The notes beneath the pieces were generated by a model that saw only the letters and a program-made list of their open reading frames with translations, had not been told where the DNA came from and searched no databases. 5,651 nucleotides of DNA from a virus, in IMG/VR virus record IMGVR_UViG_3300045988_005604, positions 1 to 5,651 of that record. One strand, 5' to 3'. Both the position numbers and the translations under genes were made by a program. Each line of letters begins with the position of its first letter. Within the stretch, counting starts at the first letter, position 1. Positions 3,905 to 5,651 of this stretch are shown here, in pieces.

Positions 3905-5541
3905 ACAGGAACAAAGACGCAGGGTTTAACCAAGTTCCGCGACTGGACATTACGCGAAGTCGCTTCAAACGGCGGCAGGACGTAAAGCTCACGCTCAATG
4001 CTGGACAGCTTATTCCGTTCTATGTAGATGAAGTACTCCCGGGCGACACCTTCAGCATCGACCAAGCAGCAATTATCCGTATGACAACCCCTATCTTCCC
4101 GGTTATGGACAACTGCCACATGGATATTTACTACTTCAGCGTGCCGTGCCGTATCCTCTGGGAGCACTTTAAGCGCTTTATGGGTGAAAACGACTCTGGA
4201 CCGTGGGCCCTAATTCAAGAGTACACCATTCCACAGGTCAAAGTAACTGGCACAGCCGACAAGCCGGCACCTTATGAAGGAAGCATCATGGACTACATGG
4301 GCATTCCTACCAAGGTGAGCAAAGGAGCTGATAGTGCATTCAGCGTTAATGCACTGCCATTCAGAGCCTACGCTATGATTTGGCAGGAGTGGTTCCGAGA
4401 CCAGAACGTGGACAATCCGGCCATCAACAGCACCACGGACGCAACCGTAAACTATACGGACGATGAAACCAAGGGCATGGACGCAACAACTCCTGACCTT
4501 GAGTATATCCTTAAGAACGCATACACAGGCGGCAGACCACTGCCGGTAAATAAATACCACGACTACTTCACATCGGCTTTACCTTCCCCTCAGAAAAGCC
4601 CCAGCGTACAACTTCCATTAGAAGGAAACGCTCCGATATTCGGATACAAAGAAACCACAAGAACAAATATAAGCACTTCAGCGCTAATCGAAAATCTTAA
4701 AAACGAAAACAGCCCGCTCGGCGTTATGGGAACCAAACCATCCGGAGAAGAAGTGTTCCTGGGTGCAAGAATGGATAGAGTAACATCCGCAACGATCAAT
4801 CAGCTGAGGCAAGCATTCCAGGTACAGAAGTACTATGAACAGCTGGCACGAGGCGGCAGCCGCTACCGCGAGATGATTTACAGTTTGTTCCACACCAGGA
4901 TTTCGGACAAAACTGTACAGATTCCGGAATATCTGGGTGGTACGCGTATCACCATCAACATGAGTCAGGTCATCCAGACCAGCAGCACGACTACAGAGAG
5001 TCCGCAGGGCAACACCGCAGCAATAAGTGTTACGCCGTACAATGGCAGCATGTTCACCAAGAGCTTCGAAGAGCACGGCTATGTTATCGGAGTGTGTTGT
5101 ATCCGGCATGACCATACCTACCAGCAGGGCTTGGAGCGTATGTGGAGCCGCAAGACTAATCTGGATTTCTATTATCCCGTCTTCGCAAATCTGGGCGAGC
5201 AGGCCATTCTGAAAAAGGAGCTGTATCTCACTGGTACGAGCACCGACAATCAAGCCTTTGGATATCAGGAAGCTTGGGCAGAGTACCGGATGAAACCAAA
5301 CCGCATCAGCGGCAAGTTCCGGTCAAATGCAAAAGGAACTCTGGACAGCTGGCACTACGGCGACAACTACAAGGAGGTTCCGACCCTGAGTCAGGCATGG
5401 ATGAAGGAGGGAGACTCCGAAATTCAGAGGACTCTGGCCGTGGACAACGAGCCTCAGTTTATCATAGATACCGTCATCGACAATACGTCCGTAAGACCTA
5501 TGCCTATGTACAGCGTTCCGGGTCTCGTGGATCATCACTAA
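3901..5541 (+). CDS. VP1: Major capsid protein VP1 (phiX174 F-protein family), 546 aa
   Basis: SD AAGGAGG (3884-3890). The N-terminal region FNQVPRLDITRSRFKRRQDVKLTLNAGQLIPFYVDEVLPGDTF...YYFSVPCRILWEHFKRFMGEN, together with HDYFTSALPSPQK and TINQLRQAFQVQKYYEQLARGGSRY, are hallmark gokushovirus VP1 blocks. Confidence 0.97.
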   Translation: MNRNKDAGFNQVPRLDITRSRFKRRQDVKLTLNAGQLIPFYVDEVLPGDTFSIDQAAIIRMTTPIFPVMDNCHMDIYYFSVPCRILWEHFKRFMGENDSGPWALIQEYTIPQVKVTGTADKPAPYEGSIMDYMGIPTKVSKGADSAFSVNALPFRAYAMIWQEWFRDQNVDNPAINSTTDATVNYTDDETKGMDATTPDLEYILKNAYTGGRPLPVNKYHDYFTSALPSPQKSPSVQLPLEGNAPIFGYKETTRTNISTSALIENLKNENSPLGVMGTKPSGEEVFLGARMDRVTSATINQLRQAFQVQKYYEQLARGGSRYREMIYSLFHTRISDKTVQIPEYLGGTRITINMSQVIQTSSTTTESPQGNTAAISVTPYNGSMFTKSFEEHGYVIGVCCIRHDHTYQQGLERMWSRKTNLDFYYPVFANLGEQAILKKELYLTGTSTDNQAFGYQEAWAEYRMKPNRISGKFRSNAKGTLDSWHYGDNYKEVPTLSQAWMKEGDSEIQRTLAVDNEPQFIIDTVIDNTSVRPMPMYSVPGLVDHH

Positions 5542-5551
5542 GAAAGGGGGA

Positions 5552-5579
5552 AGCCCGGGGCAAAACCCCGGGCTATTTT
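5552..5579 (+). terminator. GC-rich hairpin plus short T-run between VP1 and VP2; leaky terminator/attenuator or translational structure
   Basis: A perfect 9-bp stem pairs agcccgggg (5552-5560) with ccccgggct (5566-5574) around the loop caaaa, followed by attttg. It lies 11 nt after the VP1 stop and 4 nt before the VP2 ATG at 5583. Confidence 0.5.
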
Positions 5580-5582
5580 GCT

Positions 5583-5651
5583 ATGGGATTAGCAGCAATC
5601 GGCAGCGCACTACTCGGAATCGGCAAACAACTACTTCCAACAATCGCCGGA
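5583..5651 (+). CDS. VP2: VP2 N-terminus (MGLAAIGSALLGIGKQLLPTIAG...), continuing at nt 1 on the circle
   Basis: ATG 5583 is the first ATG in the frame that is contiguous, through the 55-nt terminal repeat, with the 1-835 ORF. Confidence 0.8.
   Translation, partial: MGLAAIGSALLGIGKQLLPTIAG
5597..5651. repeat. Terminal direct repeat, copy 2 (identical to 1-55)
   Basis: Exact 55/55 identity with the window start. Confidence 0.95.

Overview
The window is one complete, circularly permuted genome of a Gokushovirinae-like Microviridae ssDNA phage. Nt 1-55 are repeated exactly at 5597-5651, so the unit length is 5,596 nt. All convincing genes are on the + strand, in this order: VP2 pilot protein (starts at 5583 and wraps across the junction to 835), VP4 HUH rolling-circle Rep, a roughly 520-nt non-coding region, small accessory ORFs behind two near-consensus sigma70-type promoters, a 39-aa basic DNA-binding protein ending in MRGGIRL, a tiny hydrophobic peptide, a VP5-like protein, VP3 scaffold and VP1 major capsid. 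A strong hairpin plus T-run terminator follows VP4, and a GC hairpin separates VP1 from VP2. The most unusual part is the non-coding region 1856-2375. It holds an alternating CG/CA tract, a 25-nt A/T-only tract, an in-register TAG trinucleotide run, seven same-strand TGTTGAA iterons, a perfect DnaA box (TGTGGATAA) and a second relaxed-consensus box. That layout resembles a bacterial oriC unwinding module or an iteron origin, which a rolling-circle microvirus is not expected to carry. The functional readings are inferences from motifs only. No database search was possible.
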